64,000 nucleotides of DNA from an uncultured Bacilli bacterium (GTDB lineage: Bacteria > Bacillota_I > Bacilli_A > RF39 > UBA660), in the NCBI GenBank assembly GCA_944332295.1, contig CALVJR010000003.1, positions 21,201 to 85,200 of the forward strand, given 5' to 3'. The notes under the pieces are model-generated. The model was not told where the DNA came from and did no database searches. It worked only from the letters and a program-made list of their open reading frames with translations. A program made the translations under genes and the position numbers. Below are positions 17,700 through 26,561 of this stretch, in pieces. Every line of letters starts with the position of its first letter. The first letter of the stretch is position 1.

Positions 17700-17871
17700 A
17701 ATTTTTATTATTTTTTTCTTCAAAAAGTGCTTTTTTCTTCTGTCTACAATCTTTGCATCTTTTTGGTTCATGTTCTAGACCTTTTTGTTTGTAAAATTCT
17801 TGTTCTTTGGCAGAAAAAACAAACTCTTTACCACATTCTTTACATATAATAGTTTTATCTGTAAATTCCAT
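17698..17871 (-). CDS. Unannotated 57-aa zinc-ribbon protein (CxxC...CxxC)
   Basis: Own translation: MEFTDKTIICKECGKEFVFSAKEQEFYKQKGLEHEPKRCKDCRQKKKALFEEKNNKN. SD GGAGGG lies upstream and the ORF has its own terminator. Below the track size cutoff. Confidence 0.55.
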   Translation of the reverse strand: MEFTDKTIICKECGKEFVFSAKEQEFYKQKGLEHEPKRCKDCRQKKKALFEEKNNKN

Positions 17872-18004
17872 ATATTTCCCTCCTTCTTATGATTGGACTC
17901 TTCGTTAACTAAAATTTATTTCCAAACTATCTTTTAAAGAGAAGAAAATATATTCTAATTTAATTATAAAATCCAGTGATTATTCACACTTTCAATATAT
18001 CATA

Positions 18005-18619
18005 TTATTTCTTGTTATGCAAAAGTTCTTTTTCTTTTTTAGAATAAATACATCCGCAATAATCCTGTCTATATAAATTGTATTGTTTAGATAATTCGAT
18101 ACTTCTTTTGTAACCGTTTTTCTTTTTAAAGTCTGCATATAAATAAGTTGACTGATATTTTTTATCTAAATCTGCTCCAATTTCATTTAACCATTTACTA
18201 TTTTTATAGGGACTAATAGAGAGTGTTGTTGTAAAAAAGTCAAAATTTTGTTGTTCTGCTATTTTGGCAGTTTCTTCTAGTCTTAATTTATAACATTGAT
18301 AACAACGTTTTCCACGTTCTTTTTCTTGTTCTAGACCTTTACTCATTTCAAAAAACTCTTCTGGTTGATATCTTCCTGGCATTACTTTTATATTGTCTAA
18401 GTTGATTTCGTTTACAAATTTTTCTAATTCTTGTAATCTCTTTTCATATTCTTCTTTTTCGGTAATATTAGGATTATAATATAAAATAGTTATATCAAAG
18501 TATTCAGCAATGCGCTCTAATACTGCAGAAGAACAAGGCGCACAACAAGCATGTAATAATAGCGTTTTTTTGTTATTTAGATGATTTATTTGTTTTTCCA
18601 TTTCTAAATCATAATTCAT
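18005..18619 (-). CDS. queH: Epoxyqueuosine reductase QueH (DUF208)
   Basis: 204 aa. LLLHACCAPCSS and the C-terminal YRQDYCGC are QueH hallmarks. Confidence 0.88.
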   Translation of the reverse strand: MNYDLEMEKQINHLNNKKTLLLHACCAPCSSAVLERIAEYFDITILYYNPNITEKEEYEKRLQELEKFVNEINLDNIKVMPGRYQPEEFFEMSKGLEQEKERGKRCYQCYKLRLEETAKIAEQQNFDFFTTTLSISPYKNSKWLNEIGADLDKKYQSTYLYADFKKKNGYKRSIELSKQYNLYRQDYCGCIYSKKEKELLHNKK

Positions 18620-18705
18620 ACTATCCCTCTCTCATTTCTTTTGTATTATACCATATTTTATTATTTATTTGGTATTGTTTTTTTTACTTGTACATAAAAT
18701 TTAGT

Positions 18706-19455
18706 ATGAATTCGATTATGTTAAGTTTTCTTATTACTATTCTTGCTGGTTTCTCGACGATGATTGGTGTTTTTCCTATTTATTTTCGTAGAAAAAGCCA
18801 AGATGTTCTTATTCCTATTTGTTTGTCTTTTGCTGCGGGAGTTATGATTTCTATTTCTTTGTTTTCTTTGATTCCAGAAGCTATAGAGGCTGTTAGTCAA
18901 TCCTTTGTTTTATTTCCAGCTATTTTAATTGTCTCTATTTTTATCGTGATTGGAATATTATTTTCTTCTGTTGTTGATCAAAAGATAGAGAAAAGATTTT
19001 CTAATAATCAATTATATAAATTAGGTTTGATTTCTGTTATAGCATTAATGTTTCATAATATTCCTGAAGGTATTACTACTTTTATTTCTAGTAATCAAGA
19101 TTTAAGATTGGGTATTACTTTATCTATTGGTATTGCTCTACATAATATACCTGAAGGAATATCGATTGCAGTTCCTATCTATTATGCTACTAAAAATAAG
19201 AAAAAAGCCATTTTACTGACTTTTATTTCTGGTTTTTCAGAGTTTTTTGGAGCTATTCTTGCCTATTTATTTTTAGCACCTATTATTACTTCTTTGGGAT
19301 TAGGTATTATTTTAGCGTTAGCTGCTGGTATTATGATACATATCTCTATTTATGAACTTATTCCTACAGCTTATCAATATTCTATGTATTTTAAAACAAG
19401 TCTTGCTTTTTTACTTGGTTTTTTCGTTATGCTTTCTTGTCAATATTTTATTTGA
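18706..19455 (+). CDS. zupT: ZIP-family zinc transporter ZupT
   Basis: Polytopic membrane protein with two HNIPEG motifs. The start is taken at ATG 18706 (the track uses TTG at 18688). Confidence 0.88.
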   Translation: MNSIMLSFLITILAGFSTMIGVFPIYFRRKSQDVLIPICLSFAAGVMISISLFSLIPEAIEAVSQSFVLFPAILIVSIFIVIGILFSSVVDQKIEKRFSNNQLYKLGLISVIALMFHNIPEGITTFISSNQDLRLGITLSIGIALHNIPEGISIAVPIYYATKNKKKAILLTFISGFSEFFGAILAYLFLAPIITSLGLGIILALAAGIMIHISIYELIPTAYQYSMYFKTSLAFLLGFFVMLSCQYFI

Positions 19456-19879
19456 TAAAGGTTGGTGCTAAAAAATCGAAGAGTGGAATATTTCTTAAGA
19501 CTCCGTAACTAATAAATAGAATAATGGTTGCTATCCATATTTTATTAGGAACTTTGTTGTATAATGGTTCTTTTTTTGTTAGTATGGCATTTCCAATAAA
19601 AAATATAAATATGGGAAGTGTTATAAATAAAAGTGGATTATACCTAAATGCTTGGTAAAAATCTAGTTTTAATAGAGATAAAAACATTCTGGTAATTCCA
19701 CATCCTGGACAGTATAGTCCTGTTATTTTTTTGATAGGACAGTCGATATAGAGATGAAAATAATTTCCTATTAGTAAATAGCTAATTAGAAGGATGAATA
19801 AGAGTATGGATATTACTATTTTCTTTTTCATAGAAAGAAAAAAAGCATTATGCTTGTACTCCTGCTTTTCCTCTTGCAA
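19448..19879 (-). CDS. DUF2752-like membrane protein
   Basis: CPIKKITGLYCPGCGITR motif plus TM helices. The true start is probably MKKKIVIS at 19831. Confidence 0.65.
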   Translation of the reverse strand: MQEEKQEYKHNAFFLSMKKKIVISILLFILLISYLLIGNYFHLYIDCPIKKITGLYCPGCGITRMFLSLLKLDFYQAFRYNPLLFITLPIFIFFIGNAILTKKEPLYNKVPNKIWIATIILFISYGVLRNIPLFDFLAPTFIK

Positions 19880-20213
19880 TTTGGTTTAATGTATTTTGCA
19901 TTAATGCATAGTTAATGATTCCTAAGCCTACTAATTGTAGTATTAAATATAATACAGAATTATCCTCTACAGGAAGATTATTATTTTGTTGAGCCATTGC
20001 TAGTGTTTTACCCATTTTGTATGCCCAGTAAAGTCCGTAGATACCACAAGTAACTAGTGTTAGTAAGAAAGCAATCCCTCCTGATGGAGCTTGACTGTCT
20101 CCACTTGCTAGTCTTGCATCATCTGTTACTACAACAAACCAATAAATTGCATAAATTCCGCATGTTACGATAGATAATATAATCGAAACAGCGATGTTTC
20201 TTTCTCTCATCAT
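19848..20213 (-). CDS. DUF4234-like membrane protein
   Basis: 121 aa with the repeated CGIY(A/G)(I/L)YW motif in TM helices. Confidence 0.6.
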   Translation of the reverse strand: MMRERNIAVSIILSIVTCGIYAIYWFVVVTDDARLASGDSQAPSGGIAFLLTLVTCGIYGLYWAYKMGKTLAMAQQNNNLPVEDNSVLYLILQLVGLGIINYALMQNTLNQIARGKAGVQA

Positions 20214-20315
20214 TTCACCTCTCTATGTTTTAATCATATCATAAAGAATAGTAGAAAGCTAGAATTTTTTATTTTAATTTCAAAGTATGAATATCATAGA
20301 TTATTATAGTGATTA

Positions 20316-21055
20316 TTACAAATACTTTTTTAATTCTTTATGGAAGCTCTCTTTTGTTAATTTACTTAAATCTTTATCGAATGCTAACGGTGAGTTTGTA
20401 ATTTCTTGTCCCATCCAAGTTTCTTTCTGATATGAGTTTTCTTCCTCCTTATTTGTAAATGTTACTTCTACACGATATAGACCTCGATAATCTTCTAAGT
20501 ATTTTTTTATAGATATTCTTTTATCATCTAGATATAAATAACTATCTCTTATAATTTTAGCGTAAGCATTTTCTTTTAAGGATAAGAACTCACTTTCAGA
20601 GATGTTTTCTTTTTCTATAATTGTGTTATTTATATTTAATATTTCTTTTTGAAAAGTATTACCCTTTTTTTGGACTCTTAAATTATCATTTATATAATAT
20701 CTTTCATATCTAATTGGAGGACTTAGATTTAGGTTGTCAAGTGATGATATGATATATCTTTTTGTTAGTTTTCGCATATTTATTCCTTCTTTCAGATAGT
20801 TAATGTGTTTTCTTTTTTTAGATGGAAATAATTTTCTTATTTTTTGTTTACAAGAATTATTTTGTATATTATCCGATGTAATGACTTCTTCTTTTTTCTC
20901 GGTTAAATCTACTATAGTAGAAGATGGTTCATACCAAATGATAGAATCTGTCTTCGGTAGTTCAATCTGTGTTAATATATCTTTTTCTTTGATACCAAAT
21001 GCATAATGGTGTTCTTTATAGTCTTTTGGTACTGGACTTTTTTGTTTTCTTTCAT
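20316..21055 (-). pseudogene. CYTH-like domain gene with N-terminal extension, disrupted by a 1-nt frameshift in an A6 run
   Basis: ATG at 21055..21053 with SD AAAGGA reads 27 codons to a stop. The frame of ORF 20316..20777 is open for 99 codons upstream (to 21074) without any ATG/GTG/TTG. Adding one A in the run at 21038-21043 joins both parts into a 246-aa ORF. Confidence 0.6.
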
Positions 21056-21070
21056 GTTTTATCCTTTCTA

Positions 21071-21430
21071 TTATTTATCATAAGTTGCAATTTCTATTTT
21101 ATTGCCATCTAAATCTTCTATGGCAAAACACTTATAATGATCTTTTGAATTAGGTATCTCTTCTGGTTTGTAAATAATTTTGGCACCTATTTTCTTACAT
21201 AATTTATAAGCTTCTTCTAAGTTTTCTGTATATAGACCTAGTACTGCATTATTTCCTTTTACTAATTTACAGTCTGCACTTTTTTTACTTATAACTCCAA
21301 AATAAATTTGACCTTATGCCCTACGATTTTCTGTTATGTTTGTTGGTTTTTGATTTAATAAAGTTGTATAAAACTCGACAGACTTTTCAATATTTTCTAC
21401 TACGAAATAAAAATTATCAATCTTTATCAT
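21071..21430 (-). pseudogene. VOC/glyoxalase-bleomycin-resistance family gene with in-frame TAA
   Basis: Own translation: MIKIDNFYFVVENIEKSVEFYTTLLNQKPTNITENRRA*GQIYFGVISKKSADCKLVKGNNAVLGLYTENLEEAYKLCKKIGAKIIYKPEEIPNSKDHYKCFAIEDLDGNKIEIATYDK. The stop codon lies at 21314-21316. Confidence 0.7.
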
Positions 21431-21446
21431 TTTAAATTCCTTCTAA

Positions 21447-22277
21447 TTATATTTTTGTTTCATATTTTGTTATTAGATCTTTTATTTTTTCTTCTTTAAG
21501 ACACACAATTATATGGTTAGCATCATAATAATTGTCTTGGTCTACGTTGTTTATAAAATCTTCATATTTTATTGTTTTATTTCCTGGTAAGAATACAAAC
21601 CAGTCTTTAATATCTTTTGATTTGTTTGAGATAATTTCAGGTTTTAATGGTACAATACTTGATATTTCGGTACCGATAGCATAGACGGCAATTAGCTTAT
21701 CAGGTGTTTGATATAACTTTGGTGCGGCATAATATAGGTCAAGTTGTTGCAATTTGTTTAGTAGGTTTTCAAAATTTTCTAAATTATTATCTATTTCTTT
21801 TATTTCTTTCATACCTATTGATATAGGATGATATACACCAAATATTTGCATATATGAATATTCTTTGGATGCTAATATATCTTTAATATCTTTTAAGCCA
21901 TACATACTTCCCTCTTCATCATCTTTGATAAAGTTATCATTATTTGCTATCTGAACTTGTTCTTCATTTCTAATATAGGTATTTGTATTTAAATTTTTAC
22001 ATATTTTTTCTATTACATCATAAAAACATCTTATTTCATTACTAGTTGTAGGTAGACTAAGTCTTAATATAATATCATTATTTTCTAAGGATACTTCTAT
22101 TCCTCTTGCTAGGTTATTTTCATCATATAAAATTGTACGGTGTCCTATTTCTTTAGGGATTAGTCGATATGCTTCATCACATACACCATAAGATAGACCT
22201 GTTAATTTTATAATTTCTTCTATGGTTACTTTCTTTTTGAATAACGTTTTTTGTTTTATTTTTACATCTACTGCCAT
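21447..22277 (-). CDS. Hypothetical protein
   Basis: 276-aa ORF, last gene of a three-gene overlapping operon. No motif recognised. Confidence 0.5.
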   Translation of the reverse strand: MAVDVKIKQKTLFKKKVTIEEIIKLTGLSYGVCDEAYRLIPKEIGHRTILYDENNLARGIEVSLENNDIILRLSLPTTSNEIRCFYDVIEKICKNLNTNTYIRNEEQVQIANNDNFIKDDEEGSMYGLKDIKDILASKEYSYMQIFGVYHPISIGMKEIKEIDNNLENFENLLNKLQQLDLYYAAPKLYQTPDKLIAVYAIGTEISSIVPLKPEIISNKSKDIKDWFVFLPGNKTIKYEDFINNVDQDNYYDANHIIVCLKEEKIKDLITKYETKI

Positions 22278-22289
22278 AATTTTCTCCTT

Positions 22290-22700
22290 TTATTTTTCTT
22301 TATAAAAATAGTTGTTTATTTTTAAATCATTTAAGTTGTTTTTTATCCAGGGATTATTTACAACATTCTTATTTATTTTCATTACGATTGTCATTTCTTT
22401 TGTCTTGATTGTCATTTCTTGTTCTAAGAGATCATTTTTCATTTTAAAGTGTTCTATTTCTTTCCAAGGTATTAATAGACTATCTACAATATTCCAGTCC
22501 CCTTCTATAGGAAATAGGGTTACTCCTTCGCTATTAAATCCAAATAGATAAGATGTTGCTTGTTCAAAGGCAATTATACTTGCACTTCCTACGGGTAGAA
22601 TCCATTTTACTTTGGATTTGGTGTGACCTGATAAGATATTATCATTATAAGGATAATTATATTTTTTTAATTCAGTTTGTACTTTTTCTAGGCTTAGCAT
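22290..22700 (-). CDS. Hypothetical protein (bacterial PH-domain-like by eye)
   Basis: 136 aa. The pattern GVTLFPIEGDWNIVDSLLIPWKEIEHFKMK resembles YokE/bPH-type domains. This is a weak call. Confidence 0.45.
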   Translation of the reverse strand: MLSLEKVQTELKKYNYPYNDNILSGHTKSKVKWILPVGSASIIAFEQATSYLFGFNSEGVTLFPIEGDWNIVDSLLIPWKEIEHFKMKNDLLEQEMTIKTKEMTIVMKINKNVVNNPWIKNNLNDLKINNYFYKEK

Positions 22701-22980
22701 TATTATCTTCCTTTCTAAATTTTATTAAATATACTATTTGATAGATAATACAAATTAAAAATAATGGTATTAAAAATTGTCCAAACATATTTGGATAGAA
22801 AACATAATAGAGATACGTTTTTACAGCAGGAAATCCATATTTTTTGACTGGCCAGATGGAATTTATTACTTCAGTTGTACTTCCAAAACCATTTATATAA
22901 GAGTTTATTATTCCAAATATTAATAAGATGAATGGTATGATAGATAAGATAAATAAGATTTTTAGTACTATTTTTTTCAT
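22672..22980 (-). CDS. Small membrane protein
   Basis: 102 aa with hydrophobic N-terminal and central segments. It overlaps the next gene by 29 nt. Confidence 0.5.
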   Translation of the reverse strand: MKKIVLKILFILSIIPFILLIFGIINSYINGFGSTTEVINSIWPVKKYGFPAVKTYLYYVFYPNMFGQFLIPLFLICIIYQIVYLIKFRKEDNNAKPRKSTN

Positions 22981-23080
22981 TTTTCTCCTTTTATATTTCT
23001 TTATAGATAATTAAGAACTTATATAGTTTATTTATATCATTAAAATAAGGATATAGCAAATATTTTCTATATAGTATTAA

Positions 23081-23109
23081 TTGCATTTGTTATATAAACA
23101 TGATATATA
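23081..23109 (+). promoter_or_regulatory. Putative sigma-A promoter of cas6 (TTGCAT-17-TATATA)
   Basis: TTGCAT at 23081-23086, a 17-nt spacer, and TATATA at 23104-23109, about 33 nt upstream of the ATG at 23142. Confidence 0.4.
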
Positions 23110-23141
23110 ATAACTATATTTATTGAAAAGGATTGATTTGT

Positions 23142-23876
23142 ATGCAGCTTAAAGTTTTTATCGATTTAAATACTCCTTTAAAGTTACCTATTAATTATAA
23201 TCATATACTACAGGGAATTATCTATACTGCTGCGAATAATTCTAATGGTAAGTTTACGAAAGAATTACATGATGAAGGAATACCTTCTGATGGTAATGAT
23301 CAATTTAAATTGTTTTGTTTTAGTAAAATTATTGGGAATTATTCAATTACTGATAAACATATTTGTTTTCATAAATCTATTTTTTTTGAGGTCAGAAGTA
23401 TTGATCCTTATTTTATTCATCTTGTTTATGAAAGTTTTTCTAAGTATGGGATTCGCTTTCAAAATAGGTGCTTCAAGCCTAGATTAAAATTAGAAAACAA
23501 AATTATTACTGATTCTCATATTTATGTACAAATGCTTTCCCCTATTGTTGCGATAGGAAAAACAGATGATAATAAAACACAATATTTATCCCCTAGAGAT
23601 TTCGAGTTTTGCTCTTATCTATGTAATAATTTTTTTAAAAAATATCAAACATATTATCATAATTTACCAAATAATGATTTAGAGATTGTTGTTGGTGATG
23701 TGTCTTTTCGTGATAAGTGTGTTACGAAGTTTAAAGGAATTTTGGTTAATGCTTGGAATTGTAGACTTTATATTCAAGGTAGTCCGGAGTATTTGACTTT
23801 TATCTATAATGTTGGATTGGGTTCTAAAAATTCTCAAGGATTTGGTATGATCAATATTATTGAAGAGCAAAATTAG
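23142..23876 (+). CDS. cas6: CRISPR-associated endoribonuclease Cas6 (stand-alone)
   Basis: LKLPINYNHILQGIIYTA, ELHDEG...FKLFCFS and the C-terminal glycine-rich loop VGLGSKNSQGFGMI align by eye with P. furiosus Cas6, including the Tyr/His/Lys triad. The start is taken at ATG 23142 (SD AAAGGA; the track uses TTG at 23133). Confidence 0.85.
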   Translation: MQLKVFIDLNTPLKLPINYNHILQGIIYTAANNSNGKFTKELHDEGIPSDGNDQFKLFCFSKIIGNYSITDKHICFHKSIFFEVRSIDPYFIHLVYESFSKYGIRFQNRCFKPRLKLENKIITDSHIYVQMLSPIVAIGKTDDNKTQYLSPRDFEFCSYLCNNFFKKYQTYYHNLPNNDLEIVVGDVSFRDKCVTKFKGILVNAWNCRLYIQGSPEYLTFIYNVGLGSKNSQGFGMINIIEEQN

Positions 23877-23877
23877 T

Positions 23878-23918
23878 AAAAAGCGCTAAACAAATATATG
23901 TTATTGCGCTTTTTCTTT
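23878..23918 (+). terminator. Rho-independent terminator after cas6
   Basis: Stem AAAGCGC...GCGCTTT with inner AACA/TGTT pairing, followed by TTTCTTTC. Confidence 0.55.
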
Positions 23919-23979
23919 CAAATTTTCGTGTCTATATACTAATTTATTATAAAATTTTGATTAACTAATTTATAAGAAG

Positions 23980-25095
23980 TTACCTTTTATTTAATACGCA
24001 TACACATTCGACGTGATAGGTTCTTGGAAACATGTTGTATGGTCTAATATATTCTACTTCATATTTTTCTTTTAATAAGTTTAAGTCTCTAGCGAGTGTT
24101 ATAGGGTCACATGATACATAAATTAAATTTTTAGGTGTAATTTCTAATAGTTTTTCTACTACTTTTTTATGTAGACCGCTTCTTGGTGGATCAATAATTG
24201 CCGTATCATATTTGTTAGTGATTTCTTTTGTTAAATCCTCTACTTTCCCTAATTTATAAGTACAGTTGGTTGCTTTATTTAACTCTTTATTCGTATTTGC
24301 ATCCATTACAGCTTCTTTACAAGATTCTATTCCTAGAACATTATTTACAATATCACTAACATATATTCCAATGGTACCAGTTCCACAATAGAGATCTAAT
24401 ACATTTTTACTATTTCTTTCTTGTATTATACTTTTTATTTCATCATATAATTTTTCAGTTATAGTACTATTTACTTGGAAAAAAGATTGTGCTGATACTT
24501 GATATTTTTTATTACCAATGTATGATGTGATACTTTCTTTTTTGTTGTTTTGATTTAATATTTCTTCTGTTTTGTTACCAATTCTTAAGATTATGTCTTC
24601 TTTGGATGGTAGAACATTTTTTATTTCTTCATTTAATTTTTTATTTACTAATAAACAACTTTTAATAGGAATAATGGTATTACTTTTTTGTTCATATAAA
24701 CCTACTTTTCCATCTTTACTATGCAATGTTATTTTATTACGATAATGATATGGTTCATCATAGATTATGTTTTTTATAGTTATATCTTTTATTTTAGTAA
24801 ATTTTTTTATTATTTCTGTTACTTTACTTTCTTTAAATTCGTTTTCTTTTTCGAATGATAGATGAGCAAGATGACATCCTCCACATAAGTTACTATAAGG
24901 ACAAGATGGTGCTACTCTATCTTTACTTTCTTTTATTATTTTTGTAGTAGATGCAAGAATATATTTTTTTGTCTCTTTTATTATTTTTATTTCTACTACT
25001 TCTTCTTTTAGGGCGTTTTCGACAAAACATATTTTGTCGTTTATTTTGGTAATTCCTCGTCCGTAGTGATCTAGTTTTTCAATTGCGACTTTCAA
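23980..25095 (-). CDS. TrmA/RumA-family RNA (uracil-5-)-methyltransferase with TRAM domain and Fe-S cluster
   Basis: 371 aa. CPYSNLCGGCHLAHL is a cluster motif. SAM site DLYCGTGTIG and the catalytic region IDPPRSG...YVSCDP are present. Confidence 0.85.
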   Translation of the reverse strand: MKVAIEKLDHYGRGITKINDKICFVENALKEEVVEIKIIKETKKYILASTTKIIKESKDRVAPSCPYSNLCGGCHLAHLSFEKENEFKESKVTEIIKKFTKIKDITIKNIIYDEPYHYRNKITLHSKDGKVGLYEQKSNTIIPIKSCLLVNKKLNEEIKNVLPSKEDIILRIGNKTEEILNQNNKKESITSYIGNKKYQVSAQSFFQVNSTITEKLYDEIKSIIQERNSKNVLDLYCGTGTIGIYVSDIVNNVLGIESCKEAVMDANTNKELNKATNCTYKLGKVEDLTKEITNKYDTAIIDPPRSGLHKKVVEKLLEITPKNLIYVSCDPITLARDLNLLKEKYEVEYIRPYNMFPRTYHVECVCVLNKR

Positions 25096-25163
25096 AATAT
25101 CACCTCTTCTTCATTATAACACATACTTTATTTAAAAAATACCATACTAATATTGGTGATATT

Positions 25164-26561
25164 ATGTTTTTGTTACATAGAATAAAAAAAGCAATTTCTG
25201 TTTCTAAAGATTATAAAATTAAAAAAGTTCATGTTGCGAATACTTATGTGCATTTAGTTTTTAATGAAGTATTGTGTAATACTTCTATGATTAATGATTT
25301 TATTTTAAGGGAATTAGTTGCTTTAAATAAACAGGAATTAAAAAGAATAGAAAGTGAAATTCCTGCTGCTAATATTATTCCGATTGAAGAGAAAGATATT
25401 TTTTCTTTTGTTAATCAGGGATTTGTTGTTTTAATTTATAAAAAAATGTATGCTATTGAAGTTAGGGCTATTTTAGATCGTGGTGTTACTTCTGTTCAAA
25501 GTGAATTATCTATTACTGGTCCGAAAGATAGTTTTACTGAAAATTTTAATTCGAATTTAGGTCTTATTAGGAGAAGAATTAAAACTACGCAGTTAGAGTC
25601 ACGTGATATGGAAATTGGTCGTTATACGAAGACTCGTGTTGCGGTATTATCAATGAAGGGTATTGTGAAAGATGGTTTGGTTGAGAAAGTGTGTAAGCAA
25701 TTAGAAAAAATTAATATTGATGGTATTATTGATTCTAGTTATTTAAAATCTTATTTAGAAGGAGATCACACTTTATTTCCTACGGTAATGATGAGTGAGA
25801 GGCCGGATCGAGCTTCTATGGCATTGCTTGAAGGTAAAGTGGTTGTGATTACAGATTTAAGTCCTTATGCCTTGATTCTTCCTAGTTTCTTTTTAGATTA
25901 TTTTCATACTGTTGATGATTATTATCAAAAAAATAGTAATACTACTTTTATTCGAATCATTCGTGTTATTGCTTTCTTTGTTGCGATATTTTTACCAGCT
26001 ATTTATATTGCCGTTACAACTAGAAATTATGATTTGGTGCCTTACCGACTCTTACTGATTTTAAAAGCAGGTAGAACTTTTGTTCCTTTTGCAGCATACA
26101 TTGAAGCATTATTTATGATTATTGCTTTTGAAATATTAAAAGAATCTGATATTAGGATGTCCGCAACTACTGGTAGTGCTGTTTCTATTCTTGGTGGACT
26201 TATTTTAGGTGATGCAGCAGTAAGTGCTGGAATTGTATCCCCTATTATGATTATTATTATTGCTATTTCATCGATTGCTGCTTTAATTTTTCCTTCGAAT
26301 GAACTTGTTAATGCTATTCGGTTTTATAAAATAATTATATTATTACTTTCTGCATTCTTTGGAATTTATGGTGTTTTAGTAGGAGCTATTTTCTTATTTT
26401 ATAAACTATTTTCTATGAAAAGTTTTCAGTTTTCTTATCTATCCCCTATTATTCCTTTTGATAAGTATGAATGGCGTGACTCTGTTATTAGAAGAGAAGA
26501 TAAAGTTAAAAGGAGAAATTCTTATTTAACAGATAATGTTGTTCGCGGGAGGAATCTATGA
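25164..26561 (+). CDS. GerA-family spore germination protein, A subunit (GerAA/SpoVAF-like)
   Basis: Soluble N-domain (RAILDRG..., GPKDSFTENF..NLGLIRRR) plus C-terminal TM bundle, typical of GerA-type A subunits. The start is taken at MFLLHRI (the track ORF from 25083 overlaps the convergent neighbour). Confidence 0.8.
   Translation: MFLLHRIKKAISVSKDYKIKKVHVANTYVHLVFNEVLCNTSMINDFILRELVALNKQELKRIESEIPAANIIPIEEKDIFSFVNQGFVVLIYKKMYAIEVRAILDRGVTSVQSELSITGPKDSFTENFNSNLGLIRRRIKTTQLESRDMEIGRYTKTRVAVLSMKGIVKDGLVEKVCKQLEKINIDGIIDSSYLKSYLEGDHTLFPTVMMSERPDRASMALLEGKVVVITDLSPYALILPSFFLDYFHTVDDYYQKNSNTTFIRIIRVIAFFVAIFLPAIYIAVTTRNYDLVPYRLLLILKAGRTFVPFAAYIEALFMIIAFEILKESDIRMSATTGSAVSILGGLILGDAAVSAGIVSPIMIIIIAISSIAALIFPSNELVNAIRFYKIIILLLSAFFGIYGVLVGAIFLFYKLFSMKSFQFSYLSPIIPFDKYEWRDSVIRREDKVKRRNSYLTDNVVRGRNL

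Noticed and set aside
20803-21006. A 67-aa plus-strand ORF in the apparent gap upstream of 20316..20777.
   Set aside because: The opposite strand carries a 99-codon open frame continuous with the CYTH-like gene (the frameshifted pseudogene). The plus-strand ORF is its antisense shadow.
22981-23979. A search of both cas6 flanks for a CRISPR array or isolated repeat.
   Set aside because: No 25-40 bp unit recurs at regular spacing in 22981-23141 or 23877-23979, or visibly elsewhere in the window. The only hairpin (23878-23918) is followed by a T-run and reads as the cas6 terminator.
25083-25163. Track start of the GerA-like ORF at 25083, overlapping the start of the divergent methyltransferase gene (23980..25095).
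   Set aside because: The first 27 residues (MRLSKYHLFFIITHTLFKKYHTNIGDI) are translated promoter or intergenic sequence. The conserved protein begins at MFLLHRI (25164).
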